Below, piece after piece: positions 44,655 through 53,571 of a stretch of 54,673 bases of DNA. The translations under genes were made by a program, and so were the position numbers. The notes below the pieces were generated by a model. It had not been told where the DNA came from. It worked only from the letters and a program-made list of their open reading frames with translations, and ran no database searches. How positions within the stretch are numbered: position 1 is the stretch's first letter; every line of letters starts with the position of its first letter. Location: the IMG/VR virus record IMGVR_UViG_3300042860_002166, positions 1 through 54,673 of that record; one strand, given 5' to 3'. Origin of the DNA: a virus. Lineage: Duplodnaviria; Caudoviricetes.

Positions 44655-44704
44655 AACGTCGGGAAAAACGTCGGGGAAAACGGGCTGAAAACGTCGGGGA
44701 AAAG
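44655..44704. repeat. short tandem repeat AACGTCGGG(G)AAA, three copies plus one degenerate
   Basis: aacgtcgggaaaaacgtcggggaaaacgggctgaaaacgtcggggaaaag. Confidence 0.8.
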
Positions 44705-44735
44705 TTTGATCGGCGCAGGAAAAAGGAGAGGTGTA

Positions 44736-45029
44736 ATGCCCAGTTTTAATCTATGGCGCGGTGTTCTTTTGGAATACGTGCCACCGCAAAGATCGGTCGA
44801 GTTCTCCGCTCAGCTCGCGAGGCTGTTTACTCAGTTCGGCCATGAATGGGAGGTCGAGACGGTATCCCCGCGCGAGAAGGTAGATTCAGAGGAAGACATG
44901 GCGCGGCAGTCTGCGATCCGCGTGGAGATTAGCTCGGCTTGGTCCGATGTGGAGCGCTCGCGCCGGTCGATGGGTGTGGTGAATGGTGAGCGGTTGGCGG
45001 AACTGGAATCTCGTATTTTATCGGAGTAA
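44736..45029 (+). CDS. hypothetical protein
   Basis: GGAGAGG SD. Confidence 0.55.
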   Translation: MPSFNLWRGVLLEYVPPQRSVEFSAQLARLFTQFGHEWEVETVSPREKVDSEEDMARQSAIRVEISSAWSDVERSRRSMGVVNGERLAELESRILSE

Positions 45030-45041
45030 ATATAGGATAAC

Positions 45042-45536
45042 ATGGCTAAAGCACGGAAGCCGCTGAAGCGTAAGACACCACTAAAACGAACGCCGCTCAG
45101 GAGAACAGCCACCAAGAAAAAGCGTAAGCCAGTCGGAAGCGTGGCGGCGCTCAAGAAAAAGGCTTGGGAGTTATGCTCTCGCGCGATACGTTTGGAGGCG
45201 CGGGAAGATGATGGGCTCGTGACCTGCATAACTTGCGGCGTTCGCTTGCCGTGGAACCGGGGGATACAGGCCGGGCATTTCATCGACGGGAGATATAACG
45301 CGATTTTGTTCGATGAGCGCGGGATTCATCCGCAGTGTATGGGCTGTAACGTCATGCTCAACGGTCGGAAGGAAGAATACTTCGTTTGGATGGAGTCGGA
45401 GTACGGGCGCGAGGTGATAGATGAACTGAGACGGCAAAGGAATGAGAGCCGGAGTTTTTCGGCTGAGGAGCTGCTGAAAATGATGGATGAATTCAAGTTA
45501 AGGATTAACAACTCGATAGGGAGGCTGGGGCTGTGA
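45042..45536 (+). CDS. ninG: NinG/Rap-family recombination endonuclease
   Basis: CITCG...QAGHF.......FDE..IHPQC..CN....G....Y. Confidence 0.9.
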   Translation: MAKARKPLKRKTPLKRTPLRRTATKKKRKPVGSVAALKKKAWELCSRAIRLEAREDDGLVTCITCGVRLPWNRGIQAGHFIDGRYNAILFDERGIHPQCMGCNVMLNGRKEEYFVWMESEYGREVIDELRRQRNESRSFSAEELLKMMDEFKLRINNSIGRLGL

Positions 45537-45889
45537 AAAAGAACTCTGAGATTGTGGAGCCGTCGATTAGGGCTCAGCTCTTCTCGAAAATGGAGATCGC
45601 GCTGGACGCAAAGAATCAAGATCGCTGCTATGCGATGATCGATTGGTACTTTACAGAATTGACGGCGCACGATGATCCTGACGAGAGCCCGCCACTAGAG
45701 TTGATTGGTATCCCGGACGATGTAGCAGACGCTTTTTACGCTCATGGGATTTGTTCGGTGGCGCAGCTTTGCGAGCATAGCGTAAAGGAACTGCGGGTAC
45801 TGCCTCAGATTGGGCCAAAGAGTATCCGGGTGATTACCGAGCGTCTCGATGCTTGCGGGTACTCGCTTCGATTTGACAACGATAAATAA
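45533..45889 (+). CDS. protein with RNA polymerase alpha-subunit C-terminal-like domain
   Basis: LELIGI....AF...GI.SV.QL.......L..LPQIGPKS...I...L aligns with the alphaCTD pattern. Confidence 0.7.
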   Translation: MKKNSEIVEPSIRAQLFSKMEIALDAKNQDRCYAMIDWYFTELTAHDDPDESPPLELIGIPDDVADAFYAHGICSVAQLCEHSVKELRVLPQIGPKSIRVITERLDACGYSLRFDNDK

Positions 45890-45949
45890 GGTTTGCTAGG
45901 TTGCGTCAAGTCCGGGGGCTTACTCTAACCAAAGAAGGGTAGGTGATCA

Positions 45950-46612
45950 GTGTATCTCCTTCGCGCCCTCTCGTGCGGTGTGATTGTACTATTCTCGCAG
46001 ACGGCCTTTTCTCAGGTCGGCAAGGAAACTACCTACTGGAATTGGACCGAGCCTAGTGAGTTGCATAAGGCGGTTGTCCGGGTAAAGGTCCAAGGTTCTC
46101 AGGGTATGAGCTGGAGCGGTAGCGGGTCGGTAGTCGATGGTGGCCGGATAATTACGGCGGCGCACGTTCTTGATCAGGGTGTTTCTTTTTCGGTTGAGTT
46201 TTTTGATGGCACAGTGGCAAGCGGCAAGGTAATTAACCTTAATACGAAAGTAGATGTAGGTGTTCTGAGCTGTGAAGTGCCAAGCGGAGTAACCGTCCTT
46301 AAAGTGGCAGAAAATCCTCCCGAGGATGGGTCTTACGTGGAGATTTGTGGGTTTGGTGGCAGTGGTCCGCTACGTCACTTTTCTGGTCATACGGGCATCT
46401 ATTCCGATGATGTTCTCGGGGTCGATGCTTACGTGATACCGGGTGATTCTGGCGGCTGTGTGTTGAATGAAAAAGGCGAGCTAGTCGGCGTGGTCTCTGG
46501 TGGCATGTGCTGGAGTAGCTCGAAGGTAGTCAAGTCCAGCGGCTCAACGATGAAGGCTACGTGGCCGGTTCGCTGTGGCGGTCTTGGTGCAATCAAGCAG
46601 GCGCTCAAATGA
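45950..46612 (+). CDS. secreted trypsin-like serine protease
   Basis: Signal-like N-terminus; ITAAHV, DVGVL, GDSGG. Confidence 0.92.
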   Translation: MYLLRALSCGVIVLFSQTAFSQVGKETTYWNWTEPSELHKAVVRVKVQGSQGMSWSGSGSVVDGGRIITAAHVLDQGVSFSVEFFDGTVASGKVINLNTKVDVGVLSCEVPSGVTVLKVAENPPEDGSYVEICGFGGSGPLRHFSGHTGIYSDDVLGVDAYVIPGDSGGCVLNEKGELVGVVSGGMCWSSSKVVKSSGSTMKATWPVRCGGLGAIKQALK

Positions 46613-46821
46613 ATGGGCCAAAAGATGATTTCCCAGACGATTTCGAGTCTGGTAGGTTAGCTTACTTGGCTGGGCGTGATCAGGGTGATTGTCCTTACCG
46701 GCATGACAAGAAAGAGATCCCGGATTATAGGCCGGGACAGCGGAGAGCTTGGCTGGCGGGCTGGCTCGAAGCGGCGTATTTTACCGATTACTGGAGGCGA
46801 AAACTTGAACGCGAAAAATAG
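46609..46821 (+). CDS. ribosome modulation factor (Rmf)-like protein
   Basis: G..A..AGR....CPY.......R.AWL.GW.EA pattern of Rmf. Confidence 0.7.
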   Translation: MNGPKDDFPDDFESGRLAYLAGRDQGDCPYRHDKKEIPDYRPGQRRAWLAGWLEAAYFTDYWRRKLEREK

Positions 46822-47488
46822 GATATTGGGTCTTGTGTTGGCGCTGATTCCGGCGATGTGCTGGGCTCAGCTCAAGGTCGAGATCCCCAAGCAGGTAGGC
46901 GAGCATCAATTAGCGGTTATCAAGGTCGAGGCCGGAGACGGGCTAGAGGTTGATGTAGAGGTTTGGAAAAGCCTTGATCAATCCGTTTCCTACCGTGAAC
47001 TGAAGGCGGCAAGCGGGCGAGAGTTTGGCTTCGTCGCGCCTCCCGGTGAGTATTTTGTGCGAGTGTACGGCTGGAAAGCCGGGAGCGTGGAAAAGTATAG
47101 CGGCAAAGTGGTTATCGGCGGACCTCCTCAGCCGGAGCCGGGGCCGATTGACCCAGTTGACCCGGATAATGGATTAACCGGGCTGGCGAAAGTCTCGTAT
47201 GAGGCAGCGATGAAGGTGTTCAGTGTAACGCGCGAGCAGGAAGCGAAAGAGCTGGCCCGCGTTTATTCGTCCGTATCTTCTCAGTCGGCTGCGCTACCAA
47301 ACATGACAGCGGCACAAATGACTCAGCAGGTGCGCGAGAGTAACCGCGATTCAATGAATGATGAGGCAAAGGCGGCTTGGTCCTCGTGGGCGGCTGTCAT
47401 ATCTAGGGAGCTGGAGACGGTCTCGGATAAGCAGAAATTGATCGAGGCTTACCGGGATATTGCTCGCGGGCTGGAAAAGGTTAAGTAA
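46805..47488 (+). CDS. secreted protein: Ig-like domain, Pro-rich linker, helical domain
   Basis: Signal peptide ending AMCWA-Q; PPQPEPGPIDPVDP linker. Confidence 0.7.
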   Translation: MNAKNRILGLVLALIPAMCWAQLKVEIPKQVGEHQLAVIKVEAGDGLEVDVEVWKSLDQSVSYRELKAASGREFGFVAPPGEYFVRVYGWKAGSVEKYSGKVVIGGPPQPEPGPIDPVDPDNGLTGLAKVSYEAAMKVFSVTREQEAKELARVYSSVSSQSAALPNMTAAQMTQQVRESNRDSMNDEAKAAWSSWAAVISRELETVSDKQKLIEAYRDIARGLEKVK

Positions 47489-47497
47489 GGAGGCGAT

Positions 47498-49471
47498 ATG
47501 AGTTTTGACCGTATGGAGGGGTGGGTTCCCCCTGAAGAGCGAACCTACGAAGTAGCGAAGCGGCATGATGAGATCGTGAGTTTTGCGAAGCTGTTCTGTA
47601 CGGCAGCGGCGCCGCTCTCAGATACCGGCAAGGGGAAGGTAGTTCTCTTGTGGAAGGCGCTAGAAACGGTGATTAAGGGTCCGCTCCCGCCTCGGGCTCA
47701 GGCGATTGGAGATTGTTTCGCTGCGGGGACAATCGTTCTCGGTGAGCAAATCAAGCCCATTGAGCAAGTAGCGGTAGGCGATATGGTCTGGACCGCTGAG
47801 GGGAAGCAAGCTCGGGTTATTTCGACTCGGGAAATTGTCACCGATAAGCGGGCGGTTACGGTAAAGGCTTTGGGATCAATGCCTATCGTATGCACCGAGG
47901 ATCATCGGTTTTTGGTCTATCGAATGGGCAAGGTATGCGGCAAGCGGGTTACGCAAAAATACTACCAGCGAGCCATGGCTGGCACGGCGGGCGTTAGCCC
48001 TAAAGTGGTCGAGCGTTATAACGCAAGAGAAGCGGTTTGGGTTCGTGCGAGTGAACTACAGACAACTGACTATCTTTTGACGCCAGCCAATATCAAGCAA
48101 CTACCAACACCACAAGATCCATTTGGATTCTCGAAGGTTGAGGACGGGTTGTTTACGCTCGGTTATTTTCTTGGAGATGGTCACGCCAGCGGCGCGACTG
48201 TTGAGATTGTAGTGGCTTCTGGGGAGATTCAGTCCCGGATCTGCAAGGTGTTTGAGTCTCTTGGGTATCGGTACGTTGTCGAGTTGAATCACAAGGGCTC
48301 GACGGCAAATCGGATTCGGGTTAATTCAAGAGAGCTTGTTAGTTGGTTTCGGGAGACCTTTTACACCAATGACAAGTCGAAGAACTTCCCCGGCTGGGCT
48401 GTTGGTTGCTCTGAGGTTATCGAGGGGCTGCTTGAGTCCGATGGTTGCGATCTCAAGAGCGAGGGCTTTTGTATCGACACCACGAGCCATTCGATAGCTT
48501 ACGGCGTATTTCAGTCTTTGGCTTGCTTGGGTTTCGTTCCATCAATGGGTGAAAATAAACGAACAAACACTTACGCAAATCCAAAGAAGCTCTACCGCGT
48601 TATCTGGAAGGCTGAGCGAGAGCGTGAGGTGGTCTGGACGGATGGCGAGTACATTTGCCGACCAGTAAAATCAGTAAGCATCGGTGAACCCGGAATGACG
48701 GTATACGATATCGGTGTTGAGGATGATCATCATTCGTTTATCGCTAACGGGGTTGGGGTTCATAATTGCGTTAGCTGGGGTTTTGGTCATTGCGTAGACG
48801 TACTCTCAGCGGTTGAAATTGTCCTTCGCGGTGAGGCAGAGCAGTATCTCGCGGAGTGTGCGACCGAATGGATCTACGGTACAAGCCGGGTGATTCAGGG
48901 TGGCGGGCGATTGCGTAACTCCGATGGCTCGCTTGGTTCGTGGGCTCAGGCTGCGGTTAAGGAAAATGGAACGCTGATCCGCAAGGATTACGGTAGCGGG
49001 GTAGACCTCCGCAAGTATTCCGGGGACCGCGCGAAGGACTGGGGTTTTCGTGGCTTGCCGCACGAGATGGAAAAGATTGCGGATGAGCATCCGGTTGAGA
49101 CTACCGCGCTCGTCACAAGCTACGAGGAGGCTCGGGACTCAATCGCTAACGGGTATCCGGTCGCGGTTTGCTCTGGTGTCGGATTCACGATGGAGCGGGA
49201 CTCTGAGGGATTCTGTCGGCGCAAGGGTAGCTGGGCTCATTGTATGGCGTTTACCGCAGTAGACGACGCTCACCGCAGGCCGGGCCTACTCTGTCAAAAC
49301 TCGTGGGGTGATTACGTTGGCGGTCCAACTCGACACGGCCAGCCGGTGGGTTCGTTCTGGGTAGATGCGGACGTAGCCGACGCGATGCTTAGGCAGAATG
49401 ACAGCTACGCGCTTTCGGGATTCAAGGGATACCCGAAGCAAGTAGACAAACTCGATCATAGGCCGTGGTAA
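47498..49471 (+). CDS. papain-like (C1) cysteine protease containing an intein
   Basis: Spliced sequence reads QAIGD/CVSWG; catalytic WAHCM and QNSWG present. Confidence 0.9.
   Translation: MSFDRMEGWVPPEERTYEVAKRHDEIVSFAKLFCTAAAPLSDTGKGKVVLLWKALETVIKGPLPPRAQAIGDCFAAGTIVLGEQIKPIEQVAVGDMVWTAEGKQARVISTREIVTDKRAVTVKALGSMPIVCTEDHRFLVYRMGKVCGKRVTQKYYQRAMAGTAGVSPKVVERYNAREAVWVRASELQTTDYLLTPANIKQLPTPQDPFGFSKVEDGLFTLGYFLGDGHASGATVEIVVASGEIQSRICKVFESLGYRYVVELNHKGSTANRIRVNSRELVSWFRETFYTNDKSKNFPGWAVGCSEVIEGLLESDGCDLKSEGFCIDTTSHSIAYGVFQSLACLGFVPSMGENKRTNTYANPKKLYRVIWKAEREREVVWTDGEYICRPVKSVSIGEPGMTVYDIGVEDDHHSFIANGVGVHNCVSWGFGHCVDVLSAVEIVLRGEAEQYLAECATEWIYGTSRVIQGGGRLRNSDGSLGSWAQAAVKENGTLIRKDYGSGVDLRKYSGDRAKDWGFRGLPHEMEKIADEHPVETTALVTSYEEARDSIANGYPVAVCSGVGFTMERDSEGFCRRKGSWAHCMAFTAVDDAHRRPGLLCQNSWGDYVGGPTRHGQPVGSFWVDADVADAMLRQNDSYALSGFKGYPKQVDKLDHRPW
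47714..48766 (+). mobile_element. 351-aa intein with LAGLIDADG homing endonuclease
   Basis: Starts CFAAGT. Block B CTEDHRF, LGYFLGDG and EGLLESDG, ends VYDIGV...HSFIANGVGVHN before the +1 Cys. Confidence 0.95.
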
Positions 49472-49824
49472 TGGTGAGCAAGAAAAGAATCTACTCTCTG
49501 GTTTTCGTAACGCTTAATCTCGGTTCTTTCGTGGAATACGGGAAGTGGTGGAACTCGGATATTCCCGATGGTCGGCACTACGTTTTGGTCAGCGCCGAAT
49601 GGTGCGAGCCGTGTAAGCAGTTCAAGCGTGAGCTGAAGACTGAAGCGCTGGCGAAAGATATCAATATCATCGTACTTGACGTAGACCGGCATCCAGAGAT
49701 AGCCAAGAAGATGAACCCTCAAGGGATGATTCCGGCTCTGCTGGAGTACACGAAAAAGGGAGACGATTGGACGGTGAGAAAGTATGAGGGCAAGGAACTG
49801 AAGAAGTTCCTCAAGGGGGAATAA
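49471..49824 (+). CDS. thioredoxin-like protein
   Basis: SAEWCEPCK, LDVD, IP cis-Pro loop. Confidence 0.85.
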   Translation: MVSKKRIYSLVFVTLNLGSFVEYGKWWNSDIPDGRHYVLVSAEWCEPCKQFKRELKTEALAKDINIIVLDVDRHPEIAKKMNPQGMIPALLEYTKKGDDWTVRKYEGKELKKFLKGE

Positions 49825-50081
49825 TGCGAGACGATTACTCAGAGCATTGGCGCGAGTGGGTAGGCTACGAATTCGACTCAAAGCCGAAAAAGTACAGTTC
49901 GCTTACAGACTGGGAGGGCTACACGATGGACTCTTTCGGCAATCAGCCAGTGAAAGAGTTTGCAGACTGGTTTGAGGAAAATGAAGAGCTGTTAGAAGAG
50001 GATTTTGAGGGTCTTGACTTTACGGCGCGTTTGCTGATTAAGGACTGGCTCTCTCAGGCTTACGAGGCTGGCCGTGAGTAA
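49824..50081 (+). CDS. acidic hypothetical protein
   Basis: TAATG coupling. Confidence 0.6.
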   Translation: MRDDYSEHWREWVGYEFDSKPKKYSSLTDWEGYTMDSFGNQPVKEFADWFEENEELLEEDFEGLDFTARLLIKDWLSQAYEAGRE

Positions 50082-50301
50082 AGCTCAACTAAACATCGCG
50101 TGGATGTGGGACTGTGATAACTGCGGAGAGGAAAACTTCGAGCGGTCATATTCGCCCGAGATTGACCCGGAAGACTTAGCGGAAATCGCTGTAGAAAACG
50201 GACACGATCCCGACGCAATGCTTTGCGCGTTTCCGTTCGAGGTGAAGTGTTTCAACTGCGGGACTGAGTACGATACTGAGATATCTGGGGAGGCGGAATG
50301 A
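50074..50301 (+). CDS. small zinc-finger protein
   Basis: WDCDNCGEENF...CFNCG. Confidence 0.65.
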   Translation: MSKAQLNIAWMWDCDNCGEENFERSYSPEIDPEDLAEIAVENGHDPDAMLCAFPFEVKCFNCGTEYDTEISGEAE

Positions 50302-50948
50302 TTTGGTTTGTTTGGTGTGTGATGCTGGCTCAGGATTTCGTGCCGCTCCAGTCTGAGGACTTACGGATCGTCGAAAGGATTCGGTCGATTGAGTCCCGGC
50401 TCGATGAGCAGATCAGCCTATGGCCCGCCCTTGAAACGATCCGGCGCGAGCTGGCAGAGTCTCGCAAGGAACGGGAGGAGATTCGCGGGATACTATCGCG
50501 GTTCGATTTAACGGCACTGAGAGACGCGGTAAGCGAACTGGGTAAAAGGTCAGCCGATGAACGGGCTGGCATCCTCAGCGCAATTCTAGGCGGTAAAGAA
50601 TCAATCCTAGAGGCAATTAAGCCCGTCAGTGGAATCCTTGATGAGGTCCGCGCTAACCGTGCGGAAATGGCACAACTAAAAAACGGTCTGTTTTCTGGGT
50701 TGGCTGAAGTGCGCGCGGAAGTAATTCGCGCCAAGGCGGAGTTGACGGAGGCGAAAAGCAAACTGATTGAGGCACAGGCGGAGTTAGCCGCAATCCAAGG
50801 GAGTCTCGGCCAGCGGTTCTTCTGGTTTACGATCTACCTTGTCGGTGGGTGTGCGGTTTTGCTCATTGGTGGCACACTTGTTATAGGTTTTGTGTACGCG
50901 AAGCTAGCCAAGTTGATCAATCAGATTCCATTTCCAAAGGTGGTCTAA
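50298..50948 (+). CDS. coiled-coil membrane protein
   Basis: Hydrophobic N-terminus, long heptad region, C-terminal TM helix. Confidence 0.7.
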   Translation: MIWFVWCVMLAQDFVPLQSEDLRIVERIRSIESRLDEQISLWPALETIRRELAESRKEREEIRGILSRFDLTALRDAVSELGKRSADERAGILSAILGGKESILEAIKPVSGILDEVRANRAEMAQLKNGLFSGLAEVRAEVIRAKAELTEAKSKLIEAQAELAAIQGSLGQRFFWFTIYLVGGCAVLLIGGTLVIGFVYAKLAKLINQIPFPKVV

Positions 50949-51148
50949 TGGAGTTTGTGGGCTGGTACTTTCTCAGTGGCCTAATTTTCGTGATGATAGG
51001 ATATTTGGCCTTGCCCTTAGACTCGATGGAGTCTAAATTAAAAGACCAGATAAGCTATACGCTCGGGGGAGTGTTGTTATTGGTGTTTTGGCCTGCTCTT
51101 CCCCTTGCTGCGCTGGTATCGGCGTGGAGAAAGATACCTAAGCGATGA
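50948..51148 (+). CDS. small two-TM membrane protein (holin-like candidate)
   Basis: Two hydrophobic helices and a basic C-terminus. Confidence 0.5.
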   Translation: MEFVGWYFLSGLIFVMIGYLALPLDSMESKLKDQISYTLGGVLLLVFWPALPLAALVSAWRKIPKR

Positions 51149-51525
51149 ACGATTTTGTTAAATGGCTAGGCGGTTTGTTTGCTGGATTGTTTAAGAACGT
51201 CAGCATTACGCCAGATACCAAGGATGATTACGAGGCGGTACTCAAGGGCGGCGCGACGGTAAACACGGAGTGGAGCAAACTTTACCAGACGATGAGCGAG
51301 CAACTTAAAATCGCACTGGTTCGCGTGGACACCTTAGAGAAAGAGTGCAACGACACACGCGAGCAGCTCACTTGTGCGATTAAGAAACTGAATCAAGAGT
51401 ATATCGACTGTGAGAATCATCGCGCGATGGCGGCATCGGAGATTGCAGAACTGAAGCGACAGAATGGGCGGTTGGTTAAACGGATTGAGGAGCTGGAGGC
51501 TGAGGTAGCCACGCTCAGGAAGTAG
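51145..51525 (+). CDS. coiled-coil protein with amphipathic N-terminus
   Basis: Heptad pattern; ATGA coupling. Confidence 0.65.
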   Translation: MNDFVKWLGGLFAGLFKNVSITPDTKDDYEAVLKGGATVNTEWSKLYQTMSEQLKIALVRVDTLEKECNDTREQLTCAIKKLNQEYIDCENHRAMAASEIAELKRQNGRLVKRIEELEAEVATLRK

Positions 51526-51549
51526 CCGCAAGGCTGTACGGAGGCGAAC

Positions 51550-52086
51550 TTGGAAATTCTCGTAGACTGTGATGGAGTCCTCGCGGACTTTGTATCTAGC
51601 GCCGCTCGCGTTCACGACAAGAGCCCAGAGATTCTCTCTTGGGACTTCTGGCTAGAGTGGGGGCTTGAGCCCGATGAGTTTTGGGCGCCGCTTGCCACTC
51701 GTGATTTCTGGCTGGGTCTTCAGCCTTACAAGTGGGCTAATGATTTCCTCGCCTCTCTACGGGAGCTGGGCGAGGTAACGATCTGTACCTCACCGATGCA
51801 CCTGAATACGGAGGTTTGCATTGGCGCCAAGCTCGACTGGCTGGAGAGCTATTTTGGCATCCGCCCGGTCGATGTGATGGTAGGGCGCAAGAAATGGCTC
51901 ATGGCTGGCAAGGGCCGCGTTCTGATTGATGACTACGAAGAGAACGTGGGCAAATTCTGGCAGGCCGGAGGGAGTTCTATCCTGTTCCCGCAGCCGTGGA
52001 ATCTCTCAGCCGGAAAGAATTACCAGCACGTTTTGAACAATCTTGAGTATATGGTTCGCAGTCCGATTGTAATGGGAGTGGCCTAA
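51550..52086 (+). CDS. HAD-family 5'(3')-deoxyribonucleotidase (NT5C-like)
   Basis: DCDGVLADF, CTSP, K..WL, LIDD. Confidence 0.88.
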   Translation: MEILVDCDGVLADFVSSAARVHDKSPEILSWDFWLEWGLEPDEFWAPLATRDFWLGLQPYKWANDFLASLRELGEVTICTSPMHLNTEVCIGAKLDWLESYFGIRPVDVMVGRKKWLMAGKGRVLIDDYEENVGKFWQAGGSSILFPQPWNLSAGKNYQHVLNNLEYMVRSPIVMGVA

Positions 52087-52316
52087 TGAAACTGACAGAG
52101 ATCGCAAAGCAGAAGGTTCGCAGGTCGGGGGAGGCGAGTTGGTTTGAGTCGCTAACCAAGTCGCAGCAGGAGGAGATTAAGGGGGAGCTGAAGCGGTGGG
52201 GTAATGGCCCGCTATCCCCGTTTGCCTTGGCGGTGATCGAGAAGTTTAAGCTGAACCGTAAAATTCCTTGTATCCGCGAAACTCTGAGGGCAATCCAAAA
52301 TGGCAAACTTAGCTAG
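52086..52316 (+). CDS. hypothetical protein
   Basis: Coupled to neighbouring genes. Confidence 0.6.
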   Translation: MKLTEIAKQKVRRSGEASWFESLTKSQQEEIKGELKRWGNGPLSPFALAVIEKFKLNRKIPCIRETLRAIQNGKLS

Positions 52317-53361
52317 TCTTGCGGCGTCGAAGGTGGAAGAGGCTCGGAAGTTTGGCGCTGAGCAGCGGCTCGATAGCCAGTTACGAGCGGCAAAGAGCCT
52401 GATCACTGACCTGAGAAAGTCGGTTGAGTCTCGGGATAAGCAGATCTCGGCGCTGGAGCAAACGATTGACCTGATTTGCCTAATGGAGGACACCCGAAAA
52501 AAGGCAGAGAAAATCATCGTCCCCAAGAGCAAGGCAAATGAAGCGGTTCCGATCTTCCTGTGGTCCGATTGGCACGTAGAGGAGATGGTGGACCGGCGCA
52601 AGACGCTTGGGAAAAACGAATACAATCTCAAGGTAGCAGAGGCTCGGGCAAAGCGATGCGCGGAATCGACGGTGAAGATGATTCGTCACGCTAGGCTAAG
52701 CAGTCACGTTAGGAGCTGTCTGCTAGTTCTCGGAGGGGATTTCATTACGGGTGATATTCACCAAGAACTCTGCGAGACAAATTTACTTGGTCCAGCGGAG
52801 GCTTGTGTATTTGCCCGCGAGCTTCTGGCCTCTGGACTGGAGGCGATCCGGGCGGAGAAGTATCTCCAGAAAATCCGCGTGGTCTGCATTGTCGGGAACC
52901 ACGGACGCACGACAAAAAAGATGCAGTTTAAGAACGGGACGGAAAAGTCTTTCGAGACCATTATCTACGCTGAGCTTGCCCGGATGTTTACGGATAAGCG
53001 GTTTGAGTTCACGATTGCCCGAGGTGGTGTTGAGATGGTCCCGATGGCTCCGGGGTTTGATATCCGCGCGTTCCACGGTCATCAAGTAAAGTACCAAGGT
53101 GGAATCGGCGGGCTAACGATTCCGCTTACGAAATGGATTCACCGGCAAGACCAAACCCAGAGCGCCGCTTGGAATCTAATGGGTCACTGGCATCAGTACG
53201 GGCTCCCTACTCCGCGCTGTTTGTGCAACGGATCGATCAAGGGCTGGGATGAGTACGCGGCGGAGCATGGGTTCGGGTTTGAGCCTCCTCAGCAGGCTGG
53301 CGCTATTTACGACGCGAGCCGATCAAGGATCGGTGGCGTGTTCCCGATTTACTGCGAGTAG
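52300..53361 (+). CDS. calcineurin-like metallophosphoesterase
   Basis: SDWH, GGDFITG, GNHG, HGH, GHWH. Confidence 0.9.
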   Translation: MANLASLAASKVEEARKFGAEQRLDSQLRAAKSLITDLRKSVESRDKQISALEQTIDLICLMEDTRKKAEKIIVPKSKANEAVPIFLWSDWHVEEMVDRRKTLGKNEYNLKVAEARAKRCAESTVKMIRHARLSSHVRSCLLVLGGDFITGDIHQELCETNLLGPAEACVFARELLASGLEAIRAEKYLQKIRVVCIVGNHGRTTKKMQFKNGTEKSFETIIYAELARMFTDKRFEFTIARGGVEMVPMAPGFDIRAFHGHQVKYQGGIGGLTIPLTKWIHRQDQTQSAAWNLMGHWHQYGLPTPRCLCNGSIKGWDEYAAEHGFGFEPPQQAGAIYDASRSRIGGVFPIYCE

Positions 53362-53571
53362 TCCTCCGGTAGTACCATAGGATGACAAGCCAGATATCTT
53401 CGTCATCATCATCATCGAAGTCGTCCATAGCGGTTACTCCAGAGGTAGCCGCATTATCCCAAGGACGGGCTGAAAAAGGCAAAGGGAAAATTAGCCATCG
53501 TTTGATTTGACAGAAAAGGCTGAAAAAAAGCACAATATGCCCTGATAGGATATACAAACTAGGGGCAATCT

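Noticed and set aside
53303-53557. ORF with a poly-Asp run
   Set aside because: Antisense to the local gene flow, overlaps the phosphoesterase end and is low complexity. It cannot be supported, though a short peptide is not excluded.
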